DNA of 64,000 nt, from assembly GCA_964567265.1 (NCBI GenBank), contig CAZMLK010000001.1:15832-79831 (forward strand), written 5' to 3'. Below the pieces are notes generated by a model that worked only from the letters and a program-made list of their open reading frames with translations, searched no databases and was not told the origin of the DNA. Of this stretch, positions 46,841-54,332 are shown piece by piece. The DNA comes from an uncultured Candidatus Saccharibacteria bacterium (lineage in GTDB: Bacteria; Patescibacteriota; Minisyncoccia; Phycocordibacterales; UBA12088). Both the position numbers and the translations under genes were made by a program. How positions within the stretch are numbered: the first letter of the stretch is position 1; each line of letters opens with the position of its first letter.

Positions 46841-48817
46841 ATGTATACAAAAGTCCATGCGAAGGTCGTTGAAAACCCTATAAAAAGCGCAATCCTCGGT
46901 TTGCTTTCGGTCGCCGTCTTCTCATACCTCATTCTGTCGAACCAGGCCGCGCAGACGGAGGCATCGCTGACGCCCTTCCAGACAACACTTGCGCAAGGGT
47001 TGGCGCTCCCGACCGCGATGGAGTTCGCGCCGGACGGAAGGCTGTTTATCTCTCAGAAGAGCGGCAAGCTCCGCGTCTTCAAAGATGGTGCGCTCCTTGC
47101 CACGCCAGCACTCACGATTCCAGTGACAAGTACGAGCGAGCGAGGGCTCCTGGGAATCGCATTCAGTCCGACATTCGCTCAGGATCAATATATTTACCTC
47201 TACTACACGCGCGCCGGCACGGTCGTCAAGAACCGAGTAAGCCGCTTTACCTTTGATCCTTCGAATCCTGACGTTCTCATGCCGGGGAGCGAATTCGTGA
47301 TCGTTGACGATATCGCCTCGGATGCCGGCAACCACAACGGAGGCGCGATCCATTTCGGCCCAGATGGCAAGCTGTACATCTCTATCGGAGACGGAGGCCG
47401 GTACCATACGACTTCGCAAGAGCTCAATACGCTTTCCGGAAAAATCCTTCGAGTGAATGCCGACGGCACTATCCCGGAAGACAATCCCTTCGTAGGTACG
47501 CCGGGCGCTCGGCCCGAGATCTGGGCGATGGGTCTCCGGAATCCATTCACCTTCGCGTTCGAGCCGGGGACTGGGAAGATGTACATCAATGACGTCGGCC
47601 AGCAGACATGGGAGGAGGTGAATCTCGGTGCTCCTGGTGCGAACTATGGCTGGCCAACGTGTGAGGGTTTCTGCACCAGCACTTCGACCCCATTCCAGAA
47701 TCCCGTATTCGTATATGGTCATGATCTGAAATCGGGCGGCGCGGCAATTACGGGTGGCGCGTTCGTTACAGGAACGAATTTCCCCTCTGAAAAATCAGGA
47801 AGCTATTTCTATGGCGACTACGTGCTCGGCGGCATCCGCGAGTATTCAGCTGGCGGCGTGCAGTCAATGTTCTTCCCGTCCGCGCATGGTCCGAGCGACG
47901 TGAAATTCGGTCCGGACGGGATGCTGTACTGGATTTCGGTGCTCGACGGAACATTGAATCGGATCGCGTACCCGAGCGGAACCGTGAATAACGCGCCGGT
48001 CGCGGTCGCGAATGGAACGCCCCTCTCCGGAGTCACGCCGCTTACAGTCGCTTTCAGCGCCGCATCAAGTACCGATGCTGAAAATGACCCGCTCACGTAT
48101 TCTTGGGATTTCGGAGATGGATCCGCGCTGGGAACCGGTGTCACATCAAGCCACACCTACTCGGTACCTGGTGTCTATATCGCCACGCTTACGGCAAATG
48201 ACGGCACCAATGCATCCGTGCCCGCGACCGTCAGTGTTTCTGCAGGAAAACTCCCGAGCGCAAAGATTCTGAAACCCGTGAGCGGCGCGCGCTACCGCGC
48301 ATTCGACAAGATTACCTATACGGGACAGGCGACCGACACCGTGACCAACCTGCCGCTTCCGGATTCGGCATACAGCTGGACCATCGTGTTCCATCACGAT
48401 ACCCACACGCACCCGTTCTTGGGACCGATTACTGGAACAACGACCGGCACCTTCGCAATCCCGGCGACAGGAGAACAATCCCCAAACACGTGGTACAGTA
48501 TCCACCTGACCGCGACGAACTCCTCAGGCCTCACCAAGGAGGTCATTCGCGAAATAAAACCGCGGACAGTTCTGATTTACCTGAAGACGGTTCCCGCAGG
48601 GCTCGCGCTCACACTCGACGGACAGCCGTCCTCAACGCCGAGCTCCTTCTACAGCGTGCAGAAGTTCAAGCATACGCTCCTTGCACCTTCGACGCAGACG
48701 ATCAACGGCAAGACCTACAAGTTCAAGTCATGGTCTGACGGCACAGCCCGGTCACACACGTTCCAGGCTCCGACCAGCAACGCCACGTACACCGCAACCT
48801 ATGTCCTGGTGCCATAG
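46841..48817 (+). CDS. PQQ-dependent sugar (glucose/sorbosone) dehydrogenase-like beta-propeller protein with PKD domain
   Basis: TM anchor. MEFAPDGRLFISQKSGKLRV, ERGLLGIAF and HNGGAIHFGPDGKLYISIGDGG motifs of the soluble GSDH family. PKD motif WDFGDG...HTY...Y.ATLTANDG. Confidence 0.75.
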   Translation: MYTKVHAKVVENPIKSAILGLLSVAVFSYLILSNQAAQTEASLTPFQTTLAQGLALPTAMEFAPDGRLFISQKSGKLRVFKDGALLATPALTIPVTSTSERGLLGIAFSPTFAQDQYIYLYYTRAGTVVKNRVSRFTFDPSNPDVLMPGSEFVIVDDIASDAGNHNGGAIHFGPDGKLYISIGDGGRYHTTSQELNTLSGKILRVNADGTIPEDNPFVGTPGARPEIWAMGLRNPFTFAFEPGTGKMYINDVGQQTWEEVNLGAPGANYGWPTCEGFCTSTSTPFQNPVFVYGHDLKSGGAAITGGAFVTGTNFPSEKSGSYFYGDYVLGGIREYSAGGVQSMFFPSAHGPSDVKFGPDGMLYWISVLDGTLNRIAYPSGTVNNAPVAVANGTPLSGVTPLTVAFSAASSTDAENDPLTYSWDFGDGSALGTGVTSSHTYSVPGVYIATLTANDGTNASVPATVSVSAGKLPSAKILKPVSGARYRAFDKITYTGQATDTVTNLPLPDSAYSWTIVFHHDTHTHPFLGPITGTTTGTFAIPATGEQSPNTWYSIHLTATNSSGLTKEVIREIKPRTVLIYLKTVPAGLALTLDGQPSSTPSSFYSVQKFKHTLLAPSTQTINGKTYKFKSWSDGTARSHTFQAPTSNATYTATYVLVP

Positions 48818-48839
48818 ATGTCTCGATCAGATGAATACA

Positions 48840-48902
48840 GACGCCGCCCCTTCTGGGGCGGCGTCTGTGCGTATAAAAAAAGACCAGCGCGGAGCGCTGG
48901 TC
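48840..48902. terminator. Two adjacent hairpins between convergent genes
   Basis: gacgccgcccc-ttct-ggggcggcgtc, then aaaaaaa-gaccagcgc-gga-gcgctggtc. The second has a T-tract on the minus strand. Confidence 0.65.
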
Positions 48903-48917
48903 AATGGTGACTACCCG

Positions 48918-49598
48918 TCAGGGAACCTGGAATGCGTACGTCACTTCATCGAGTGTCGCTTTCGTGAAGTCGCCGTTACCCGCGGATCCGATGAAGAAGT
49001 CGCGGATCGGGTTGATGGCCCCGATCACAATGGATTTTGAGCCCACCTTCGTGCCATCGATCCACGTCTCCACTCGATTAGTGTACTTGTAGCATTGGAC
49101 CAAGTGCCAGGCGCCGTCGGTTACGACTGGCCCGACCTTGAGGTCATAGTGCCCGGCACTTCCGCTGAAGCCGCAATCGACCTGCCCGCTCTCTACGACC
49201 TCCATCTTCACGGACGAAGTGCCTGGGTCAGTGCTCGATCCGTACTTTATAAGATCGTAGTCGATGGGAGCGGCCGGCCGGCTGGTGCCTTTGAAGCGCA
49301 GGCTAATGCGGATGTTCCTCGTGCCTGCCTTCAATCGCGGTACGTTCAACACCTTCACGGTACTCGTCGTGCCGTTGAACCGGTAGGCTGTGCCTGCGAA
49401 TCCCGCCACACCGACCTTCACGTTCGTGACCGTCCCGGTATGACCATGCCCGGATGCATCAATCGCGACGGTAGTACCAGGGCGCTCATCGAAGTGATAC
49501 TGCGCTTCGAGTTTCCATGGATTTGCCGCCTCCACCTTGCTTACCGAGAAAAGGAGAAGCAAGGCAGGTGCCCATAAGGGGTGTTTGCCGAAGTGCAT
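48918..49598 (-). CDS. Secreted LamG/concanavalin-A-like lectin-domain protein
   Basis: Signal peptide MHFGKHPLWAPALLLLFSVSKVEA. DGAWHLV and WIDG motifs typical of Laminin_G_3. Confidence 0.55.
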   Translation of the reverse strand: MHFGKHPLWAPALLLLFSVSKVEAANPWKLEAQYHFDERPGTTVAIDASGHGHTGTVTNVKVGVAGFAGTAYRFNGTTSTVKVLNVPRLKAGTRNIRISLRFKGTSRPAAPIDYDLIKYGSSTDPGTSSVKMEVVESGQVDCGFSGSAGHYDLKVGPVVTDGAWHLVQCYKYTNRVETWIDGTKVGSKSIVIGAINPIRDFFIGSAGNGDFTKATLDEVTYAFQVP

Positions 49599-49671
49599 GC
49601 GGATTCCTCCAAATGCTGCCGTCAGCGCAGCTGCGCGACTGGTCGCTTTCTATAATATATACCTATCAGTG

Positions 49672-49941
49672 TCAATGATTAGGTCTGGTTCGTCCCCCGT
49701 CGCTTGGATCCAGGAATCCGGGGGGAATCAGTCGCTCCAAGAGATACAGGATGCCGAAAATGACCGTGATATCATCCAGTTCTCCCAAAAAGGGGATGAA
49801 GTCAGGGATGAGATCGAAAGGAAAGAAAAGATAGAGGATGCCGACGATAGGCAGCACCTTCACGAATAGTGGCGCCCTCGGATCTCGAATGATTCGAGGA
49901 TAGAGCCGGATGAGGGTGAAGGCCCGTCTGAGGAATTTCAT
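49672..49941 (-). CDS. DUF1232 (YkvA-like) small membrane protein
   Basis: DLIPDFIPFLGELDDITVIFGILYL matches the DUF1232 core. Confidence 0.6.
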   Translation of the reverse strand: MKFLRRAFTLIRLYPRIIRDPRAPLFVKVLPIVGILYLFFPFDLIPDFIPFLGELDDITVIFGILYLLERLIPPGFLDPSDGGRTRPNH

Positions 49942-50034
49942 CCGGCTACTATGCCAAATGCTAGATGCGGTTTTGATGAAAGAGAAAAGGCCTCACGCAT
50001 GCGCGAGGCCTTGCGACCGACCAGCCTGTGTCGA

Positions 50035-50346
50035 TCAGGATTGAGTTTGGGACTTGACGCAAGCAGCGACAAGCTTGGCCACGTCGTCCATTATTTTAGA
50101 TCGGAACAGGGGATCATTGAGGAGGGCTTCGGGTAGAATCATCACGTTTTGTTCTGATGCAAAAGTTCTAACCTGCCCAGGGTCATTTGCCCATACAGAA
50201 CCAACTGTAAGCGCATCGTGAACCTCCCCGAGGGTGGTGATTGTCATGCAACTGGGGGAACTATCTACCGTCTGCGCTAGGCCGGTGCCAATTTGAGTGG
50301 CGGTAAGGGCGACGGCCCCAGCAAAACGCCGCATCCAAGGCTTCAT
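50035..50346 (-). CDS. Small secreted Cys-containing protein, paralog A (103 aa)
   Basis: MKPWMRRFAGAVALTATQIGTGLAQTVDSSPSCMTITT...LVAACVKSQTQS. Signal peptide and two conserved Cys. GGAG ribosome-binding site 8 nt upstream. The track ORF 50035..50673 reads through the upstream paralog. Confidence 0.55.
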   Translation of the reverse strand: MKPWMRRFAGAVALTATQIGTGLAQTVDSSPSCMTITTLGEVHDALTVGSVWANDPGQVRTFASEQNVMILPEALLNDPLFRSKIMDDVAKLVAACVKSQTQS

Positions 50347-50384
50347 CTTTACTTCTCCAAAGTATTTCAAGACGATATGCCAGG

Positions 50385-50420
50385 AAATACAATACATATT
50401 ATATCTGTATATGTCAATAA
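50385..50420 (-). promoter_or_regulatory. Sigma-70-type promoter for paralog A
   Basis: Minus strand reads TTGACA (50417..50412), a 17-nt spacer, then TATTGT (50394..50389) preceded by TG (extended -10). Confidence 0.5.
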
Positions 50421-50506
50421 TTCGGTAGGTAGGGGGAAATAGGAAAGGCCTCGCGTATGCGCGAGGCCTTGTGACCGACAGGGTGATCGGTCTCAGTGAC
50501 AAGTGG

Positions 50507-50812
50507 TCAGGGTTGGGACTGAATCTGGCCGCAGAGCGCGACAAGCTTGAGGGCTTCGGCTCTGAATTCGGTCCTGGCCTTCTCATCTCCGAGGATGCTC
50601 TCGCTGAGGACAAGGACATCGCTACGGGACAGGTAGCTAAGGGTGCGGTCGAGACTATTCGTACCCCCAACATTGACTATGGCATCAATATCCGATGGCG
50701 TTACCATCTTCACGCAGCTAGGGGCTGAGGCGTCGGCCTGCATTACCATCCCACCAGCAAAACCGGCCGCAGTTGCCCCTACCAGGGAAAGTACTGCCAT
50801 CCAAGGCTTCAT
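50507..50812 (-). CDS. Small secreted Cys-containing protein, paralog B (102 aa)
   Basis: MKPWMAVLSLVGATAAGFAGGMVMQADASAPSCVKMVT...LVALCGQIQSQP. Same architecture as paralog A. Confidence 0.55.
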   Translation of the reverse strand: MKPWMAVLSLVGATAAGFAGGMVMQADASAPSCVKMVTPSDIDAIVNVGGTNSLDRTLSYLSRSDVLVLSESILGDEKARTEFRAEALKLVALCGQIQSQP

Positions 50813-50850
50813 CTTCACTTCTCCGAAGTGTTTCAGGGCGATATGCCAGG

Positions 50851-50886
50851 AAACATAATACATATTATATATTTATATGTCAAGTG
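50851..50886 (-). promoter_or_regulatory. Sigma-70-type promoter for paralog B
   Basis: Minus strand reads TTGACA (50883..50878), a 17-nt spacer, then TATTAT (50860..50855). GGAG ribosome-binding site upstream of the ATG. Confidence 0.5.
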
Positions 50887-51182
50887 ATTGTGATGGGGAA
50901 TTGAGCTCAGTATTAGCCCTTGCAACGCCCATGCACCTCGGGGTTTTGTGAAGGCCCCTTCATTAAGGGGATTGGCCACCAGTCACTAAGGGGGGATTGT
51001 CCCACGGTCACTAATTCACTTCGCTCATAAGTGCCGCTGGATGGATGAGTCACGGTGAAAATGATTTGGGGAATCATTTTCACCTAAGCCGCAAGCGGCG
51101 ATTTCGCCTCGGTGAATGACGTCAAATCCTGTTTTGTGAATCAGGGGATGTAAAGAAAGTAATATCAATGACGGATTTTTGA

Positions 51183-51232
51183 AAAAAACTCAAAAAGGGA
51201 AGACCGACCGTTGATATAATCTCGGGTCGGTC
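51183..51232 (-). terminator. Rho-independent terminator (minus strand)
   Basis: Minus strand reads gaccgacc-cgagattatatcaac-ggtcggtc followed by ttcccttttt gagttttttt. Confidence 0.6.
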
Positions 51233-51251
51233 TGAAGGTTCTGCTGCCGCG

Positions 51252-51602
51252 CTAGTGGTGCAAGTCGTAATTGCCGATGTCCGTCCACGAAGCCTCCGTA
51301 GGTAGACCTCGTTTGCGTGCCTCGCGCTTCCGGTCCAGCTCGTTGTCGTAATTGCCGATGTCCGTCCACGAAGCCTCCGTAGGTAGACCTCGTTTGCGTG
51401 CCTCGCGCTTCCGGTCCAGCTCGTTGTCGTAATTGGCGATGTCCGTCCATCGGGCCGTTTCCGGCAAGTTGCGAGCCGCAGCGCTGCAGGTTCGACTGGA
51501 CTCGTCGTCAGTGATTCCGGAGCATTCGACCTGGAAATAGCTGGTCGCACCCACGACCACGAGGATGAAGCTCGTGAGTAGTCCGATGAGAATTCGGGGC
51601 AT
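51252..51602 (-). CDS. Small secreted repeat protein (116 aa) containing an in-frame 27-aa tandem repeat
   Basis: N-terminal hydrophobic segment MPRILIGLLTSFILVVVGATSY. NYDNELDRKREARKRGLPTEASWTDIG is repeated twice, plus a degenerate third copy. Confidence 0.5.
   Translation of the reverse strand: MPRILIGLLTSFILVVVGATSYFQVECSGITDDESSRTCSAAARNLPETARWTDIANYDNELDRKREARKRGLPTEASWTDIGNYDNELDRKREARKRGLPTEASWTDIGNYDLHH
51264..51452. repeat. Perfect 81-bp tandem duplication (2 identical copies + diverged third copy)
   Basis: gtcgtaattgccgatgtccgtccacgaagcctccgtaggtagacctcgtttgcgtgcctcgcgcttccggtccagctcgtt occurs at 51264 and again at 51345 with no mismatches. A third copy starts at 51426 and diverges after ~25 bp. 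Confidence 0.85.
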
Positions 51603-51889
51603 GTCAGTTACTCAATACTGTGGACACTGTGATGATTGTAGCATGAATAAATACTTTGTCAATACCCACAATCTCCAGAGGAGATTGTCTTCCCGCCATA
51701 GATTCGCTTTGCTCGTACGCGCCTTGTGACCCCGACTCGAACCGAGGTTCTTCCTTAGAGGACGGTACACCTTGCAGACATATTTAGTTAAGGGATCAGT
51801 CACGAGTCACTAAGGATTGTTCGTCGCAGGCTCCTCAAACCCTAAGTGCTCGCGACCCCGTCTCAAAACTAAAAATGTGTGGACAGCAT

Positions 51890-51935
51890 ACGAAAAAGTT
51901 GAAACCGCCTCGAAGCATGGATGCTTGAGGCGGTT
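51890..51935 (-). terminator. Rho-independent terminator (minus strand)
   Basis: aaccgcctcgaagcatggatgcttgaggcggtt hairpin, with a T-tract on the minus strand (ttcaactttttcg). Confidence 0.6.
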
Positions 51936-51950
51936 ACGTTGCTGAGAGGG

Positions 51951-52175
51951 TCACCTATCTGTGGGGTAGCCATCCATGAAGCGAGGCAGTTCAGATGATC
52001 CCGCTGGAGCTATGTAGTTGTAGCACCAGCACTGGATATCCCCTCCATCATCTGGCTGTATGTGGAGCTCATCGCGATGCTTATCCCAGGAGGTGACGAT
52101 GCCGGTTGTGGAGATGAGTTGCACACGTTTCCCCACGCATTCTTTGCGAGGCGGAACACATTTTGTTGAACACAT
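51951..52175 (-). CDS. Small Cys-rich protein (74 aa)
   Basis: MCSTKCVPPRKECVGKRVQ...DIQCWCYNY has six Cys. Start at internal ATG 52175, preceded by a TTGACA-N17-TAAGGT promoter (52244..52216). Confidence 0.4.
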   Translation of the reverse strand: MCSTKCVPPRKECVGKRVQLISTTGIVTSWDKHRDELHIQPDDGGDIQCWCYNYIAPAGSSELPRFMDGYPTDR

Positions 52176-52288
52176 GATTACACCTGTAACCTGTAGTTGA
52201 TACGAAACTAAGTGGACCTTAGCATTTTTTATATGTATTGTCAATAGCACGAAACCGCCCGAACGGCGGTTTCGTCATTGTAAATGTG

Positions 52289-52678
52289 TGGAGATGGGGG
52301 GATCGAACCCCCGTCCGAACTGGGGCGGGATCGCGATCTACGAAGCGTAGTCACCTTTGTTCCTTTAGGCCGTGCTGGTCGAAGGTGACCAAATGCAGCA
52401 CGTGCCGAGCTTCCTTAATTTAGGTTCCGTGCCAAAGCGCTCATGGAACCGATTTCAGTTTTTATGACACCGTCATCACCCTACTGAACGACGGATGATG
52501 GGATGGCTTATGCAGTTGCGTAAGCGAACGCGAAGTCATTCATCTGGAATGGAGACAAAACTGACTTTGCGCGTGCGAGAGTGTTCTTTGCACTTGTTGT
52601 TTCCAGATTTTTAGGAAGGTCTGGACTTCCGCTTCGCCCGACAATCCGTAAGACCAATCCGTCGAAACTGACATCCCC
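52289..52678 (-). ncRNA. ssrA: tmRNA (ssrA), ~390 nt, directly downstream of smpB
   Basis: 5' end GGGGATGTCAGTTTCGACGGATTGG (compare E. coli GGGGCUGAUUCUGGAUUCGACGGGAUUUG). 3' end TTCGGACGGGGGTTCGATCCCCCCATCTCCA, a tRNA-like T-arm plus an acceptor strand complementary to the 5' GGGGATG. An internal ORF ends ...NDFAFAYATA-TAA, a plausible degradation tag. Confidence 0.8.
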
Positions 52679-52742
52679 GCTTCCTGCATTCAGGAGAATG
52701 CAGGAAGCGGGAACCACCTACGGTTTCGATGACGTCGTACGG

Positions 52743-53189
52743 CTAGCGCGCTTTCATCTCTCGGTCCAGATCGCGTTTCGTATCCCTGGTCTTCAGAGTC
52801 TCGCGCTTGTCGAATTTCTTCTTGCCGCGCACGATGGCAATCCGGGCCTTGATGTAGCGGCCCTTACTATACATTGAAATTGGGACGATTGTCAACCCTT
52901 TGGCGCCCTCTGCACCCAACACCTTTTCGAGCTCTTTCTTCGAGAGAAGGAGTCGCCGGGTGCGGTCAGGTTCATAGCTTGTCGGGGCATTCTTCGGCTG
53001 GTGGGCAGGAATCGAGGCGCCAATCAGATAGGCCTCGTTCCCGCGGATGATGACCCGGGCGCCCTCGAGCGTCCCATGTCCGCCGCGGACCGACTTCACC
53101 TCGAAGCCGAACAGCTCGATACCCGCCTCGAATTCCTCAAGGATTTCATAGTTGAAATGGGCTTTTCGGTTCTGGACGAAGGTCGTCAT
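52743..53189 (-). CDS. smpB: SsrA-binding protein SmpB
   Basis: NRKAHFNYEILEEFEAGIELFGFEVKS...GKKKFDKRETLKTRDTKR, a full-length match to the SmpB family. Confidence 0.9.
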   Translation of the reverse strand: MTTFVQNRKAHFNYEILEEFEAGIELFGFEVKSVRGGHGTLEGARVIIRGNEAYLIGASIPAHQPKNAPTSYEPDRTRRLLLSKKELEKVLGAEGAKGLTIVPISMYSKGRYIKARIAIVRGKKKFDKRETLKTRDTKRDLDREMKAR

Positions 53190-53285
53190 GGCTCTACCTT
53201 AGCATGCCGGGGAGGACGCCGCATAAGGGTTTTTCGGTCTCCTCGAGACCCTGTTTCCTCCATGATTTGCTATACTATTCCCATT

Positions 53286-54320
53286 ATGGATACATATACA
53301 CTCAAGAAAACGATAGACAAATTAATGGAAATGCCGAAAGGAATCCTTGCGGCCGACGAGAGCAACCGTTCGATGGATAAGCGGCTCGATGCGGAAGGGA
53401 TAGAGACGAGTGTCGAGATGCGTCGGGATTACCGCGAGCTCCTCCTCGGGGTCGATAAGCTCGAAGACTCGATCAGCGGCGTCATTTTCTATGACGAGAC
53501 GCTTAGGCAGAATCATTCGAACGGCACGCCGTTCCCGAAGTTTCTTGATATGAAGGGAATCGTGCCCGGCATCAAGGTTGATACCGGTACCACCAATCTT
53601 CCATTCTTCCCTGAGGAGAAGATCACCGAAGGTCTTGACGGGCTCGCGCTCCGACTCGTCGACTACAAGCATCTCGGCGCGGAGTTCGCGAAGTGGCGGG
53701 CCGTCATCACGATCGGGAACGGCATCCCGACGGATACGTGCATTCTTGCGAACGCGACGGTGCTCGCGCGCTATGCGGCCCTCTGCCAGGAGGCCGATAT
53801 CGTCCCGATGGTCGAGCCGGAAGTATTGCTTGATGGAAAACACAACATCCAGATGACGGAGGAAACACTTTCCCGCACGCTTGATGTCATCTTCCAGGAG
53901 CTCAGGCGCTACAAGGTCTCGCTGCCGCATACGATCCTCAAGACGGCCATGGTACTCCCTGGGAAAGACTGCAGCGATCAGGCAACCGACGAGGATATCG
54001 CCGAGCGCACCGCGCGCGTCCTCAAGGAACATGTACCTGCTGATATTGGTGGCGTCGTCTTCCTTTCAGGCGGACAGGGCCCGAAAGAATCGACTGCACG
54101 TCTCCAGGCGATTATGAAAAAAGGTCCCTTCGCGTGGCCGCTCAGCTTCTCGTATTCACGCGCGGTGCAGATGCCCGCCCTCCATATATGGAAGGGGAAA
54201 GCTTCGAATGTCGAGGCCGCACGCGTGGCATTCATGGACCGTGTGCAGATGAACGTGCTCGCCCGAAAAGGCGAATACGATGCCGCGAAGGATGCCTACG
54301 GAACCGAGCAAGAGGAATGA
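53286..54320 (+). CDS. fba: Fructose-bisphosphate aldolase, class I
   Basis: GILAADESNRSMDKRL (class I FBA N-terminal motif GILAADES). IVPMVEPEVLLDG contains the Schiff-base lysine region. Start at ATG 53286, alternative 53262. Confidence 0.8.
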   Translation: MDTYTLKKTIDKLMEMPKGILAADESNRSMDKRLDAEGIETSVEMRRDYRELLLGVDKLEDSISGVIFYDETLRQNHSNGTPFPKFLDMKGIVPGIKVDTGTTNLPFFPEEKITEGLDGLALRLVDYKHLGAEFAKWRAVITIGNGIPTDTCILANATVLARYAALCQEADIVPMVEPEVLLDGKHNIQMTEETLSRTLDVIFQELRRYKVSLPHTILKTAMVLPGKDCSDQATDEDIAERTARVLKEHVPADIGGVVFLSGGQGPKESTARLQAIMKKGPFAWPLSFSYSRAVQMPALHIWKGKASNVEAARVAFMDRVQMNVLARKGEYDAAKDAYGTEQEE

Positions 54321-54332
54321 TGTCGCCTCAAT

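Larger units (their letters stand above)
49980..50895 (-). repeat. Tandem duplication (~455-bp unit x2), each unit = promoter + small secreted protein gene + terminator
   Basis: Units 49985..50439 and 50440..50895 align end to end at roughly 75-80% identity. Both share the terminator hairpin aaggcctcgcg(c/t)atgcgcgaggcctt, the start region ccaaggcttcatctt, and the promoter block atgccaggaaa.a.aatacatattatat.t.tatatgtcaa. Confidence 0.8.

Noticed and set aside
50471-50728. 85-aa plus-strand ORF inside the tandem-paralog region
   Set aside because: It is antisense to paralog B. B has a signal peptide, a GGAG ribosome-binding site, a promoter and a duplicated homologue, while the plus-strand ORF has none of these.
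51264-51452. 81-bp direct repeats considered as a CRISPR array
   Set aside because: Only 2-3 contiguous copies occur with no unique spacers between them. The repeats are in frame within a coding sequence, and no cas genes are nearby. This is a coding tandem repeat, not CRISPR.
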